From Octopus vulgaris (Eukaryota): a DNA stretch of 64,000 nucleotides. The stretch is taken from assembly GCA_951406725.2 (NCBI GenBank), contig OX597816.1, positions 66,278,001-66,342,000 of the forward strand, in the 5' to 3' direction. The notes beneath the pieces are model-generated. The model saw only the letters and a program-made list of their open reading frames with translations. It had not been told where the DNA came from and made no database searches. Shown here one piece after another: positions 25,436 through 39,500 of this stretch. Within the stretch, counting starts at the first letter, position 1. Every line of letters starts with the position of its first letter. Position numbers and translations under genes: made by a program.

Positions 25436-28400
25436 ACCCCCCAACATCGCTTGACAACCGATGCTGGTGTGTTTACGTCCCTGTAACTGAGCGGTTCAGC
25501 AAAAGAGACTGATAGAATAAGTACTAGGCTTACAAAGAACAAGTCCTGGGGTCGATTTGCTCGACTAAAGGCGGTGCTCCAGCATGACCGCAGTCAAATG
25601 ACTGAAACAAGTAAAAGAGAGTGTAGTTCATTTCTAAATTAGACTGGTGTTAGAGCTTATAACATGATCCTGATATAAAATAGATAATTATTTGTTAGTA
25701 GGTGTTGTTGAGTCAACAGTTTGATGCCTCAGGTACTAGCTCTCTTACCAATTCCTTTGGAGTTAGTGTTGCTGTTGTTTATCAGTTTAGGTACATAAAG
25801 ACATGCTTCAGATGCACCAGATTACCACCTCCCCTCAATGCATGTACCACTCTGAATGGTAACTGGACTGTTTTAAAATATTTAAGAGGTCATAGATTTT
25901 CTCTCAAGAACATTCGGACTTTCTAGAGTTCCAAATGCTGTCATGCCTCATGCATTTAATGCAATGTCTCTTTTCTGTGTGAGCTTTATCTACTGGAGAT
26001 TTGAGGCTCAACACTGCACACCTATAAAATACTCATCAATTAGACATTGTTTCTGCTGCCTGTAGCAATACAATGCAGCTCACTTTATGTTTATGATTTT
26101 ACCTAAAGAAACGGTTGATGTTGCTGGGACTCTTTGTATTACTTCTAATGACATTAAGTGTCAGGAGAAGGTGCAATCAAATTGCTTGGCCATTGCTTTT
26201 ATTTATCATATGTGAACATGCCTCCACCCACCCTGGCATCTGAGACCCCCTTCGGTCATGACACAGAACACGGGATTGCACCTAGAAAGTTACCTTCCCA
26301 GGCAAAAGTCCAGGCAAGGTTGTTTATAGAAGACCAGTAGTCGCCCATGCATACTGGTCTCCCCTCTCCATGCCACTAATGTTATCCAAAGGAAAGACAA
26401 AGGCTGATACAGCTTGGCACCTGTGATGTCGCAACTCATTTCTACAGCTGAGTGAACTGGAGCAACGTGAAATAAAGCGTCTTGCTCAAGAACTCAACAC
26501 GCAGCCTGGTCCGGGATTCAAGCTCACAACCTCACGATCGTAAGCTCGACGCTCTAACCACTGAGCCATGTGCCTTCACACCCATCCTGGCATAATGTCT
26601 ATATAATCCTATGTGACTTTTTAGTAGATTTGACCAGCTATTTACAATCATCTTGATAAATTTAACTTCCCTTCTCCACTAAACTGTATATCATATCAAA
26701 ATTCAAATTGTATGTAATACGAACTAAGTACTGAAGATTCTAACAAAACATTGAATTGCACAGTTCTTTACTTTACTTCTTGGGGTTTAAGTCAAATTTT
26801 TAACTAAAAAGAAAAATAAACATTTCTTACATCAGTGTAGTGAGATTTTATCTCATTAATTAGAAATGTGCTCGTTTCAAAGACATGTTGTCGGACATAG
26901 GCATCTGAAATTGAAGAAAGAAAAATGGCTTTATAATAACAGAAAAACTGATTTAATGATAAAACAGAATAAACTTAAAGAAATGTTAAAATTCAAATGA
27001 TGATAAATTACTTGTCCTCAAACTTAGATTGTCAATGAAGTAGCACAATATAGGTAAAAGAAAGAAAGAAATATACAAATACTGACCCAAATCAACTGTT
27101 GCATCTTCAAAGCTTATCCACCGAAGAGATAGTTTATTTTTAATCGCTTTTAATTCTGGTGGCAAAGTAGGTGCAGTGAGCATGCTCAGTGAGATACGGT
27201 GGGTGTTCAACCGGAGAAGGCCAAAGAAGTAACGCTTGTTGTGAGGAGGGCTAGCAGCAGCTTGGAGAACAGGCCTACAACAGAAATCTGAGACAGTTAG
27301 CCAAGGCGACTAATGTGGGCGGGACATAAGCAACTAAAGAGGGCACAGGACTGAAAATGAAGCCTTTGATCATGCAAATAATGCAGTCCTTGCTTGTGAC
27401 TCAATACACAGCTTTGCTTAAGTTCACTAACATGTGAAGCAGAACTCAAAAACTCAAAGAAAAGCCCTTTTCAATATCTAATTTAAGAATGGAATCTCTA
27501 TTTAAGAAATCAGTAATAATTTCCAGTAAGTATTTGCTTGGTTATCTTTTCAAGCAAAAATTCAGGAAAACAGTAAAAGTGAAGATATTGAAGTAACTTA
27601 CATAAAATGTATCAAACTTAACTACAGGAGTAAAGCAATTTCCTTAACTAGTCCTACCTACATAGTGACATGAGGAGGAACATATTAAAGTTAATTAAAG
27701 TATACTATAAGGTTTTCAAACATTCATTCTTATTCTTTTATATATCTCCACCAGCTTATCTTTAATTTACAGTGCAGAAACCAGGGACAGCAGACATGTT
27801 GCAAGGCAATTGAAGTGAAATTTCAGGGTTTTGTGGGAGGGGGGTTCATTCTGTAAAACTCTGACTAGGTTTAGGATTATTGGTGCAGCAATGAAGAGGG
27901 CCAGAAGGCCATAAATTCCATCACAGAAGCTGCAGAAAAGACTACTAGGTAGCTTTGGGTTAAGAGGGCAGACCAGTGATTTACTGCTGCTGGCATGCAA
28001 GTTGGGATTCGATCAATCTCAGCTAGCTCAACTAAGCAAAGGGATCAGATGTTGAAAGACACAAAGCCCATTAAGGTCCCAGAAACATCATTGATGAGGC
28101 ATCCTACAGCATCCATGAAATCTATCGTGGAACAGATTGCTTCAAACATCACCACTGTTGCAATGTCTGCATTGTTTCTCCATGGTTGCATGATCTGTAC
28201 AAGATTACAGTACACCATATCACAACTCAAAAGTATCATTTGTCATTTAATCTGTGAGGCTCAGAATCCTATGGCTTAACTTCACCACTTCATATGTCTT
28301 ACACTATCCCAGGTACTTTCTGCTGTTAGCACAAGGCACATTTCCACCCAACATTCATCATCAAAGTCATTTCTCCCGCATACATCAAGACACTTTTACT

Positions 28401-31400
28401 ACCTTTACAAGGTAATTACTAGAATTTGAGGATGCTAACAGCTGACTGTAATAGAAAGATTTAATAAAACACAAGGAAAAAAAAAAAACAAAGTCATATT
28501 AGGCTGCTGTGGGTAATATCCAATGTTTTTGTTAGAAACCTTCATTGTCAATAACAATGGGTGTTTCTTTTCATTAGAACACATTTCATTATCGGTTTTT
28601 AATATATTTACATTGGACAACTTATCAACTTATAGTAAATATGTTATTTTAAAGGCACAATGACTGTGTGGTTAAAATGCTTAACTATAGGTTATATGGT
28701 CAGAAGTTCAACCCTAGGTAAGGTAACACCATTTGCTGATAGGATGCAAAAGAGGTTTCACTCCTACTTCATAGCTGAATGACTGCCAACAAGAATCTAC
28801 CCAGCTATGAAAACAGTTGCTCTAAAAGGAAACACAAACAAAAACAAAAAAAAAACACCCATCTCATCTATGCTCGGATGGAAAAATGAATGTAAAAGAA
28901 GAAAAAATATTGTGAAGAAGAAAATACAACATTATTGTAGTTGCTTCTCAAGAAAGTGTCAGACAAAATGCATTTAGAGTTTTTAATTTTGTCACTTTGT
29001 GCTCTGAGTTCAAATACTGTTCAAATCAGTTTGATTCAACCCTCTGAGTCTCGGGTTGATTAAATCAATACCTATCACATACTGATATTTAAATCATATA
29101 GTCTATCTGCCTCCATGCAAACGCTCACAGATTGTGACCCAGCACCAACATTTAAAAAATCATTATTATTACATTGATTTGTATAGTTTAGAATTACTAG
29201 TCTGTTCAAAGATGACATTTGGAAATTTTTGATTAAACATGCACCATAACAAACCAACACATCAACCCCTATATACTGTGCATAAACCAGTCAGTCCTGC
29301 ATGAGCTTCATAAAGTGGAGGCAAGAAAGTATGCACTGTACAAAATAAAAGGAAAACCAAACCCATTGAGCAGAGCCTTTCTTCTATTGAGAGGGATGTT
29401 AGAGTTGTGCAATCAAGATTAAGGTGAAACACTTTATTGTAGAAGACAGTCAACATTTCTTAGAATATCTACTACTTAGTCTGTTAGAAAGGAAACTATT
29501 CTATCCCATGAGAAACAATGCAGTTTGAAAGATTTGGAGGGAGTAAACTGCTTTAATTTGTCAGGAAGAGAATGAATTGATTTGCTAAGAATATAGCATA
29601 GTAAATCTACCAAACCTGTCTTTAATAACATGACAATGCTAATAATAATAATAATGATACAGTTCTATATTTAAAAGATGAGGAATTATGTACATTATTT
29701 ATATTTGATGGATATTTGTCCTCATCTTGTTTGTTGTTAGCACAACGTTTTGGCTGATATACCCTCCAGCCTTCATAGGGTGCCTTGGGGAAATTTCGAA
29801 CCTGGGTTCTCATTCCTAAGGTATTTTCCAATATTATTATTATTATTCAAGTCACTGCCTGGAATTGAACTTGGAATTTTGGGGTTAGTAGCCTGTGCCG
29901 CCGCCGTCATCATCATCGAAAATTACCTTATGAATGAAAACCCAGGTCCAAAATTTCCCCAAGACACCTGATGACAGCTGGAGGGTATATCGGCCGAAAC
30001 GTGTTAACAACAAACAAGATGAGGACAAACATCCGTTGAATGTAAATAAATAAATAATAATAATGGTTTCAAATTTTGCCACAAGAGCAACAATTTGGGA
30101 GGAGGGAGTAAGTCGATTTCATCAACTCCGGTGTTTCACTGCTACTTAATTTATTGACCCTGAAAGGATGAAAGGCGAAGTTGACCTCGGGGAAATTTGA
30201 ATTCAGAATGTAACAATGGGCGAAATACTGCTGAGCATTTCATCCAGCATGCTAACAATTCAGCCAGCAAGCCACCTTAGTAATAATAATAATAATCCTT
30301 TCTACTATAGGCACAAGGCCTGGAATTTGTGGGGAGGAGTTCATTTGTTTCCATCAACCCCAGTGCTTGAGCAGTACTTAAAAGGATGAAAGGCAAAGTT
30401 GATTTAAATGGAATTTGAACTCAGAACGTAACAATGAACAAAATGCCTCTAAACATTTTGTCCAGTGTGCAGACGATTCTGCCAGCTTGCTGCTTTAATA
30501 ATAAGAACAATTTCTTATATTAGCCACAGGGGCATAAATGACAGGGACATCACAAGGACAAACAATTTATGTGGAGATTTATATAAAGGATGGGCAAAAA
30601 GAAATGGAAAAGATGGTGAAATGCAATAAAAATATACATTGTATACAAAGTATGTGATAACATGATGCAGTCCTCCTGATACAGGAGAAACTCCAGCTAG
30701 GGCCAGTCAAGAAACCCTACAGAGCCAGGATTACCAAAGGCACAAACCCTCTTTCATGCTCTTCAATCTACAGGTACATACTTAGAGTAATAAGGTTCTT
30801 TGACATCTGTGGTTGGGACTTGGGTGCATTTTCTATAAATCAAAGCAAAGGCAAAAACAAGGATAATAACTAGCAGTACCCATGGAAGTTATGGTTATTT
30901 GCAAAATTGTAAGATGCTTGGAAGTTTAGAGAGAACCATGAAGTATATATATATATATATATATATTGAAACTGTATTTTGCTTGAAGTATTTGATTCTG
31001 ATGATGGTGTAAATATCCACCTAAGTAGAATTAAATGTGACAACATTTCTGAAAATTATAGTCCTTAATATACACCTGTCATCTCTTTCACCTTGAGAGT
31101 TGTTATTAATTATTTTTCACTTTATGTTAAGAAGTAAACAATTTTAACTATGGAACAAAATCTAACACATAATGTATATTATTCAGCTACTATAAAACTA
31201 TATTGGTAAAACTTTAACAAATCTTAATACACTGTATTATATCTATAATTTCATATCAAAGAAAAAGTTCAAATGGCTAGATTTGAACCCATAGTCCCAG
31301 TATGTGAAGTACAATAGCTGCTCTACTAAGTTGTGGATTCTCAAAAATAAAGTTTGGTAATCATGGTGAAATGGTTAAGAAGTTTGTTTTGTAATTACAT

Positions 31401-34400
31401 GGTTCTTAGTTTGGCCCACAGCATAGCACCGACAAGAGTCAGTTATGTTAAAAGCTTGATGTTGTTCTTCCCCATCTCCCACTTTGTGTTTAAAATCACC
31501 TCCTACTTTTTCCTTCCTTCTTTCCCTGTCAATTTTCTCCATATTTTCCTTTATTTACATCCATACCTCCACTACCAATGCCATATTTATTTACTTCTTA
31601 TTCTATTTGACTAACACTTCTCAGCATTATACAAAATGTAGGTAGATAAGAAAGTAGTACTGTATTAGTGTACAGATGGTTTCTTTCTTTTTTTTTTTGG
31701 CCTTGCAAGTACTCGGTGACCCTGTCAGTGCAGGTGCCACTTAAAAGCACTCAGTCCACACTGTAAAGTGGTTGGCATTTGGAAGAGCATCCAGCTGTAA
31801 AAACTGTGCCAAAACTGACCTCACCTATGCTTATGCCAGGTAAAAAGCACTAAGTCCACTCTGCTGAGTGATTGGTGTGAGGAAGGGCATCCAGCTGTAA
31901 AAATCCTGTCTAAACAGTTACAGACATCCTGTGCAGGCTTCTGCCTGGCCACCGCTTGTCAAACTGTCCCACCTATGCCAACATGGAAGGTGGACGTTAA
32001 AAGACAATAATGATGATGATGGTTTCAAATTTAGACACAAGGCCAGCAATTTTGACAGGAGAGGGTTATTCACTATCACTGACCCCAGTACTTGACAAGT
32101 ACTTTATTTTAGCAATCCCGCAAGAATGAAAGGGAAAGTTCACCTTGGTAGGAAATGAACTCAGGATAAAAAGAGCAGGACCAACTACAGCAAAGCAGTT
32201 CTAATGATTCTGCCAAATTCACCATCCTCAATGATAATACTTTTCTTTTTGTTTTAAATTTATTCCCATACAGAGAACTGTTGAGATTTGGAAGCCTGCT
32301 CTCACAGGATTAGACAAAGGAATAGGGTTTGTTTTTAGAGAAAATTGGAAATGAAAACTACTGCACACACAAACAAGAAAATATTGAACAGGGAAACACA
32401 AAAGTTTTCAACAAAAAAACACAAAAGAAAAAAAAGAAAATTAATGATTTTTCTGTAAATAATACCATAAGTACAAACAATTATATTATTTTTTTAGTAA
32501 CCACAATAACATTTGTACACACGCATGCCAAGTGAAAATGTAAGCAAAAATATCTTTGGAAATGACAGGTGTGTTTGTGACATCAACATAAAAGAAAGAC
32601 TTAATATCAATAATATATATTTCTTTATTGCCCACAAGGGGCTAAACATAGAGGGGACAAACAAGGACAGACAAAGGGATTAAGTCGATTACATCGACCC
32701 CAGTGCGAGACTGCTACTTTATTTATCGATCCTGAAAAGATGAAAGGCAAAGTCGACCTCAGCGGAATTTGAACTCAGAACGTAACGACAGATGAAATAC
32801 CGCTAAGCATTTTGCCCGGCACGCTAACCTGTCTGTCAATATATTGAAGGAAGAAAAGAGGAAATTCACATATTTGTGCTTAATGAAAAATAACATGGAT
32901 TTTCAGTTGCTCTTAAAACAGTAGGTGAAAGCAACCCTGTTCAATGTGTGGAGAGAGATATTCCCAATCCAAAATGGCAAAAGCTATTTAACTTTTATTT
33001 AGGATCTGAAGACACAATAAAGGAGGAAAACAACAAGCATGAAGTAGACATCTGTAGATAGATTGATACTTCAATATTTAGACCAAAGAAATACATAGAG
33101 GGTTGTTGGGGTGGAATTATCAGTTGGATGGTCTTCCTGTGGTTGCAGTTTAGGATGTCAGTGATACAGTAGTATAATCAGCAATGTAGGAGCAGTCGTC
33201 CCTTGTGGGTTTCACCTGAGCTTTTAGAAGGTAGCAGTCGTTGGGGATTTGGCATCTCTTTTGGCTCTGTAGAGGAAGGCCAGTCTTTGTGATGCAGTTT
33301 CTGACATTGTTGAGAATGTGCCTTCAACAGGAAAAATCCTCAGATAGAGAGCTCTTAGCAACCATGCGGTTACTAGTTGCATTGTGCTGTTCATGTTTAG
33401 AGGTGGGGATTAAAAGTTATCACTTAGAAGAATTATCTCTGAGCAACCAGCAGGACTGAGACAACACATGTTTGAGTCAGATGATAAAGGGCTGTATGTA
33501 AACAAGTGGTAAAACCAGTCTGACTCATGCTAGCATGGGAATACTCGGATAAATTACATCCACAAAGTCTTGATATTGTGCATGCCAGCATGGAAAGCAG
33601 ACATAAAACAACAATGATGATAATGATGATGATGATGCAGTTAGCAAAATAGCAAGTTTAGTTATAGAAAACTGAAATGTGAAGGTCTGACATTAAAAAA
33701 AAATAAAGCAAATGAAAACCTATAGCTATAGATAGAACTTATTTAAATCAATGGTATCAATTAATGCATGCATCATTACTTAATACCAATCTCAAAACAA
33801 ACATCAACATTAAGTCCCTCTATCATTAAAAGCAACTATCTAAACCACTCCATTTTTGAGAGACCCAAAATAGTTTTGGTTAAAAAAAAAAATCTCTCAA
33901 CTCTGATTTTCTTTTTTTTTTTTACCTTTCTTCATCACAAAATAACAATTTGAAAACTGAGAAGCAACTGGATAAAACTGATTCAAAGCTAGAATGAAAA
34001 TATAAAATAAAAAAAAAACATTAACAATATCAATAGATTTAACGTAACTTCATTTAGAAGATGGTACTGCTTTGGATAGGAACAAACAGATTCAATAGTG
34101 CTAATTTGTTGAAATCAATTCAGTTTATGAGCATAAAACTGATAGATGTGTACTTTGAATGAGTGACTAATCTCCCACTGAACAACTACAAAAGAGAAAT
34201 TTTGTTTTTTAACTTTTTTTTTTGTTTCACTGGTTTCACTCAATGGACTATGACCATGCTGGAGCACTTCTTTGTAGAGTATAGTTGATTACCTCACAGC
34301 ACTTATTTTAATGACTTCAGTAGGATGAAAGGTAAAGTGAGCCTGACCAGGATTTGAACTTAGAATGTAACCAAACAAGCTATTTTGTCCAATGTTTCAC

Positions 34401-35997
34401 TAATTCTAAAACTGATTTTTTTGTGGCCGTTGCCAGCACTGCCTGACTGGCCCCGTGCCGGTGGCACGTAAAAGCATCCACTACACTCTCGGAGTGGTTG
34501 GTGTTAGGAAGGGCATCCAGCTGTAGAACTTCTGCCAGATCAAGATTGAAGTCATCTGGTTCACCAGTCCTCAGGCAAATCGTCCAACCTATACTAGCGT
34601 GGAAAGCGGACGTTAAACGATGATGATTTGACTATTTTTCAGTAACATAATACAGACGAGTAACTTTCACAGGCCCTACACTAAACTTCCTGGGCCTGGT
34701 GCAGCATCCTGGCTTCCCAGACCCCAGTTGAACCGTCCAACCTATGCTAGCATGGAAAGCCGACATTAAACGATGACTACACCCGCGGAGTGGTTGGCGT
34801 TAGGAAGGGCATCCAGCCGTAGAAACACTGCCAGATCTGACTGGGCCTGATGAAGCCTTCCAGCTTCACAGACCCCAGTTGACCCGTCCAACCCATGCTA
34901 GCATGGAATACGGACGCTAAACGATGATGATGATGATGATGTATACTTAGGGTATACAGGTATTTCAAGACTACACTGTTTCTACCAATTTTATGTTTTC
35001 TGTATTATTAATGCCTAAGTTTGCTATTAAGTCACTATTACCTTCTAGATAACCACGGCAGCCAATAAATAATTTCCTTTGAAAGTAATTTTCTATAAAG
35101 TGTGAATAGGAAATCTAGCTACTAGATTTTTGTACTGATCAGAGATTCAGTTATTGAAAATATATAGTATAATCTATTTGGATCTGAAATGATACCAAAA
35201 GTGGTTCATCATTACTTTTTTAACATCTACTTTTCAATGATTGCATGGGTCAGATGAAGTTTATTGAGACAATTTCTATAGCTAGACTTATTTTCACAAG
35301 ATATTGGAAAGGAATGACATTCATTTGCAACAATCCCATGATGACAAGACAAGGAGACACAAGCATAAATACACACACATAGACATACACACAAAAGGTG
35401 TCTTTCAGCTTCCAAATCCATTCACAAGGCTTTGGTTGGCCCAGCGCTTATAATAGAAGACACTTGCCAAAGGTGCCACATAGTGGGACTGAACCCAAAA
35501 CAATATGGTTGGGAAACAGACCTCTTACTACACTACCACAATAATTTAATAAAAAAAAAAGAAGAACAAAAGCTAAATACATAAAAAATACCAACAATGA
35601 AACATGTTTAGCAGAGAAGTGGGTGATATGATTGAAAACAATGGAAAAAATATTTGTGTAACTTAGAAATAAACCTGCATGTGAAAGGCTATCGTATAAA
35701 ATGAATGTCTTACCTCTGGCTGCTGTAGGCATTCTCCATCAGCTGTGTGTCTTCATCTGGCTCGTGGTAACCAGTGAACTGCAACAACTTCAGGAGCAAC
35801 ATCTCCTCTAAGTGTAACTTTACCTTACGTACTGAAATAATTAAGTGCTGTAATGCACAAGAAAAAAAAAAACAATAAATAAATAAACATTTAAAACAAT
35901 TTGAAAAGAAAGTAAACAAATCCAACAAGGTTAAGAACAAAACAAAATTCAATCCTTTACATACTGTGCTCTCTCTCTCTCTCTCTCTCTCTCAATA

Positions 35998-36032
<35 letters not shown>

Positions 36033-36544
36033 TATGAAATAGGGATAAGAATGTGCATTGTCCGTTTAATTGAGAAATTCTATAAGTGGCTGAAGATTGC
36101 TCGACATTTTAAAACTGATGTAATACTTACAGTGTTTAATAAAATGAAGTAGCATGAAACAATTGTACTACTCTACCTTGGATATACTTGTTGCTTATTT
36201 ATATATATATATATTAAATTAGAGACAAAACCACTATTAGGCAAATCAAACAATGCAAGACTTAAGCCAATACATATGATTAATTTATATTATTTAAATA
36301 TGTAACAAAATTATCAAAAAATATAATTAATATCCCACATATTAATTATATTTTTTGATAATTTTGTTACATATTTAAATAATATAAATTAATCATATGT
36401 ATTGGCTTAAGTCTTTCATTGTTTGATTTGTCTAATAGTGGTTTTGTCTCTAATTTTATATAATATAATATTTTACTATAAAATTGGATTCAATCCTAAA
36501 TCTGATGTTTCCCTATAAGTTTGGATTTATTCCCTAATATTTAT

Positions 36545-36581
<37 letters not shown>

Positions 36582-39500
36582 CACTATACATAATCAGGTG
36601 GTGTAATATTATTGGTCATTTAATAATTTAATACAGTTTATCTTAGGTGTTGAAAATCATAAAATAAACTTCAAAATTTCCTTTTGTGTTCTCCATTCCC
36701 TTTCCATGCTTATGTAGGTAGGATGGTCTTTTGCTGTTGGAGTATTTGCTTCTATAGCAGATGGATGCCTTTCCCAACTTCAATTACAAAATGGTACATG
36801 CCTTTCTTATAAGTCAGGCAATCTGAAGTAAGCAAAGTTATATACAAAAGCCCATCCTCAGACTGGCGATACCTGATTTGAATTCTGTTAAAGCGCACAA
36901 GGCCCAGAAGGGGGTCTTAAACTAGGCTATAGATTAAGTGTACCACCCACAGTTTAATTTACCAAATGGTTTAATGCTGTACTTTGGGTGCCTGTAGCAA
37001 ACAGAACCCACTTTGTTGCAAGCATTCAGGCTAGGTCTTTGGTTTGAGGATATTTTTCTTCCTTTACCCTACCAGACTAGCATGTTCAGCAAAGGATCAA
37101 ATGCATTGTTTTCCCTCCTGAGTAAAAAGATTAAAAAAGTAAAACAGGAAAATAACAGGAATGAGCTTCCATACAGTTTCTATCAGCTGAAGTCACAAGG
37201 CTTGTAAGGCTCTAATAGAAGACAGCTGCCCAAGGTACCCAAAACCAAGTTGCTAAGTAGACCTCTCAGTCATGCAGCAAGGCCTAGATCCATACAGTAC
37301 ATTAATCTCATACCTTGTCTTTTATTAAATTCATTATATCTAGAAAGTTATCAGATGAGAGAGTTTAGAACTATTTGACAAACTGCAAACATTAGGCAAA
37401 AACAATATAGAGAAAGGAGCAAGAATTTTAAATCTCATAGAAAAGAAATAATTGGTCCTACTACAATTTCTTTCTCTCTCTCTCTCTCCCCAAACTCTCA
37501 TTCAATGGGGCTGGGGCCATCCTAGGTTAGTGGTCCCAGAGGTGTTATTGTACACAGAGCCAACCAAGTCCACCAATGTCCCCCCTGCTTTAGCGGTCCC
37601 ATGCCAATCCCCCTGCATCCTCGAAGGTGATGTCAATCCCCAAGAGATCTTCCTTAATCATGTCCAGCCATCTGGTCCTCTTCAAGCCTGCTACTGCTGT
37701 GTCACATGAGAACAAGGCCCTGGTAGGATGATTAACCACAATTACTACAATAATTCTCTCTGAAAATTATCCATGGTACTGGACTGAAAGTCCCCAGAAA
37801 TAGACCAGCCATATTATTCTCATCAACACCTAGAGATACCCGCAAAAAATCACTTCATTAGCCCACCACTAGTCTTCTATAGAATGCTAATGTTCAAAAT
37901 TCCACTGACCACACTGCCCATTTGGCAGAGAGCTGTGTCTGGCAACATTCCAAATGCCAGGTACTCAGTCTTGATCTTCACTTGACACAAAACTACAACT
38001 TTGTCAATGGGAAAAGATGTGATATGATATGATTACCCATGAAAAAGGGCAACTAAGTCTGTTCATGGTCCAAGAATCTTTGTACGTGTCACAAACTCAG
38101 GCAAGTAATTACTTGATTTATCTTGGAAATTAATGTTGATGTTGGCAGGAATTGAGCTTACAAGTAGTGGGGTGGAACTTAAAACTAAAGTATTTTGGTT
38201 AGTACTGAAACATTTCTGCCACTCGACAACCTAGAAGCAACAGATATAGTCATTACTGTATCCTTAATGACGCAAAAGTAACCACCCTCACCCCTTCAGC
38301 AACAACAATCATTCACACCTCTTCAACAAATATAGAATCACCCACTTTCTACTATACAATATTAACAGAGTCAATGAGGAGAACTCTTTGTGGATAGTCA
38401 ACCTTCTAGAAATAGCAACCAAATTACTTTCGAATCGCAGCCTTTAAAAAATAATGGTAAGACAAATTGGACAGTGTAATCTGAAAGAAAATATATTTGA
38501 AAAGATGGGATAGTCATAGTTAGAATGTCTTTGTCGGTCTACCTGTTTAGGATTGATTTGGGGCTAAAGATCAAAAATTATAACACCCAAATAATGAGCA
38601 CAACCATGGTAATAGTGATCTATTATAACAAATGTAATCACAACAGTTATATGAACACAGCGATGAACCAACCTTGAATATCTCTACATTCCACTGAGAA
38701 GGATTTTTATGGACGACCATGTGTAGTGCAGGTGTATTTTCAGGGACATCATTTTTGGATGGAACAATGGACAGCATCACTGGCCGCTGAGCACTAAACA
38801 GCTGGTTGTCAATCTAAGAGAAAAACAAATCAATATAAAATATATAATTACATACACATCATCATTAAGTGTCTACTTTCCATGCTGGCATGGGTTAAAT
38901 AGTTTGACTGGAACTTGTAAGCTGGAGGGTTGTACCAGGTTCCAGTTTGATTTGGCATGGTTTCTAATGATGGATGCCTTTCCTAATGCCAAACACTTCA
39001 AGAGTGTAGTGAGTGTCTTTTATGTGTCACTGGCACTGGCCATGGTTATGATTTCACTTGGCTTGATAAGTCTTCTCAAGCACAGTAAATCGCCAAGCAC
39101 AGCAACACTAAATCGTAAAATACAGTGCAATGGGAGTTACTTTTTACTGGAGGTTCAAGCTAGAGATCATCTGTCTGGGACAAAGATACTTTGTTAAAAT
39201 TAATGGATTAGAATAAATTTTAAAAAAATAAAAGATTATTGCTTAACAAGTATTTTACCATTCTTACAAGAACAGGAAGATTTATTTACTGGAGCAACTG
39301 TTTTTAGAACTGGATGTATTTCTAATTGCTAACTATTCAATTATGAAATAGGAGAGAATCATCATCATCATCATCGTTTAACATCTGCTTTCCATGTTAG
39401 CATGGGTTGGACGATTTGACTGAGGACTGGCGAACCAGATAGCTGCACCAGGCTCCAATCTAGATCTGGCAGAGTTTCTACAGCCAGATGCCCTTCCTAA

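Noticed and set aside
26480-26580. tRNA-like sequences (also 60090-60180 and other SINE heads)
   Set aside because: They have pol III A/B boxes but no intact cloverleaf, and they continue into multi-copy SINE bodies.
33190-33480. Possible coding segment on the - strand
   Set aside because: It looks like a frameshifted LINE ORF2 relic. It is too decayed to call, and no VPS13D exon is missing here because the phases of 35714 and 27274 already match.
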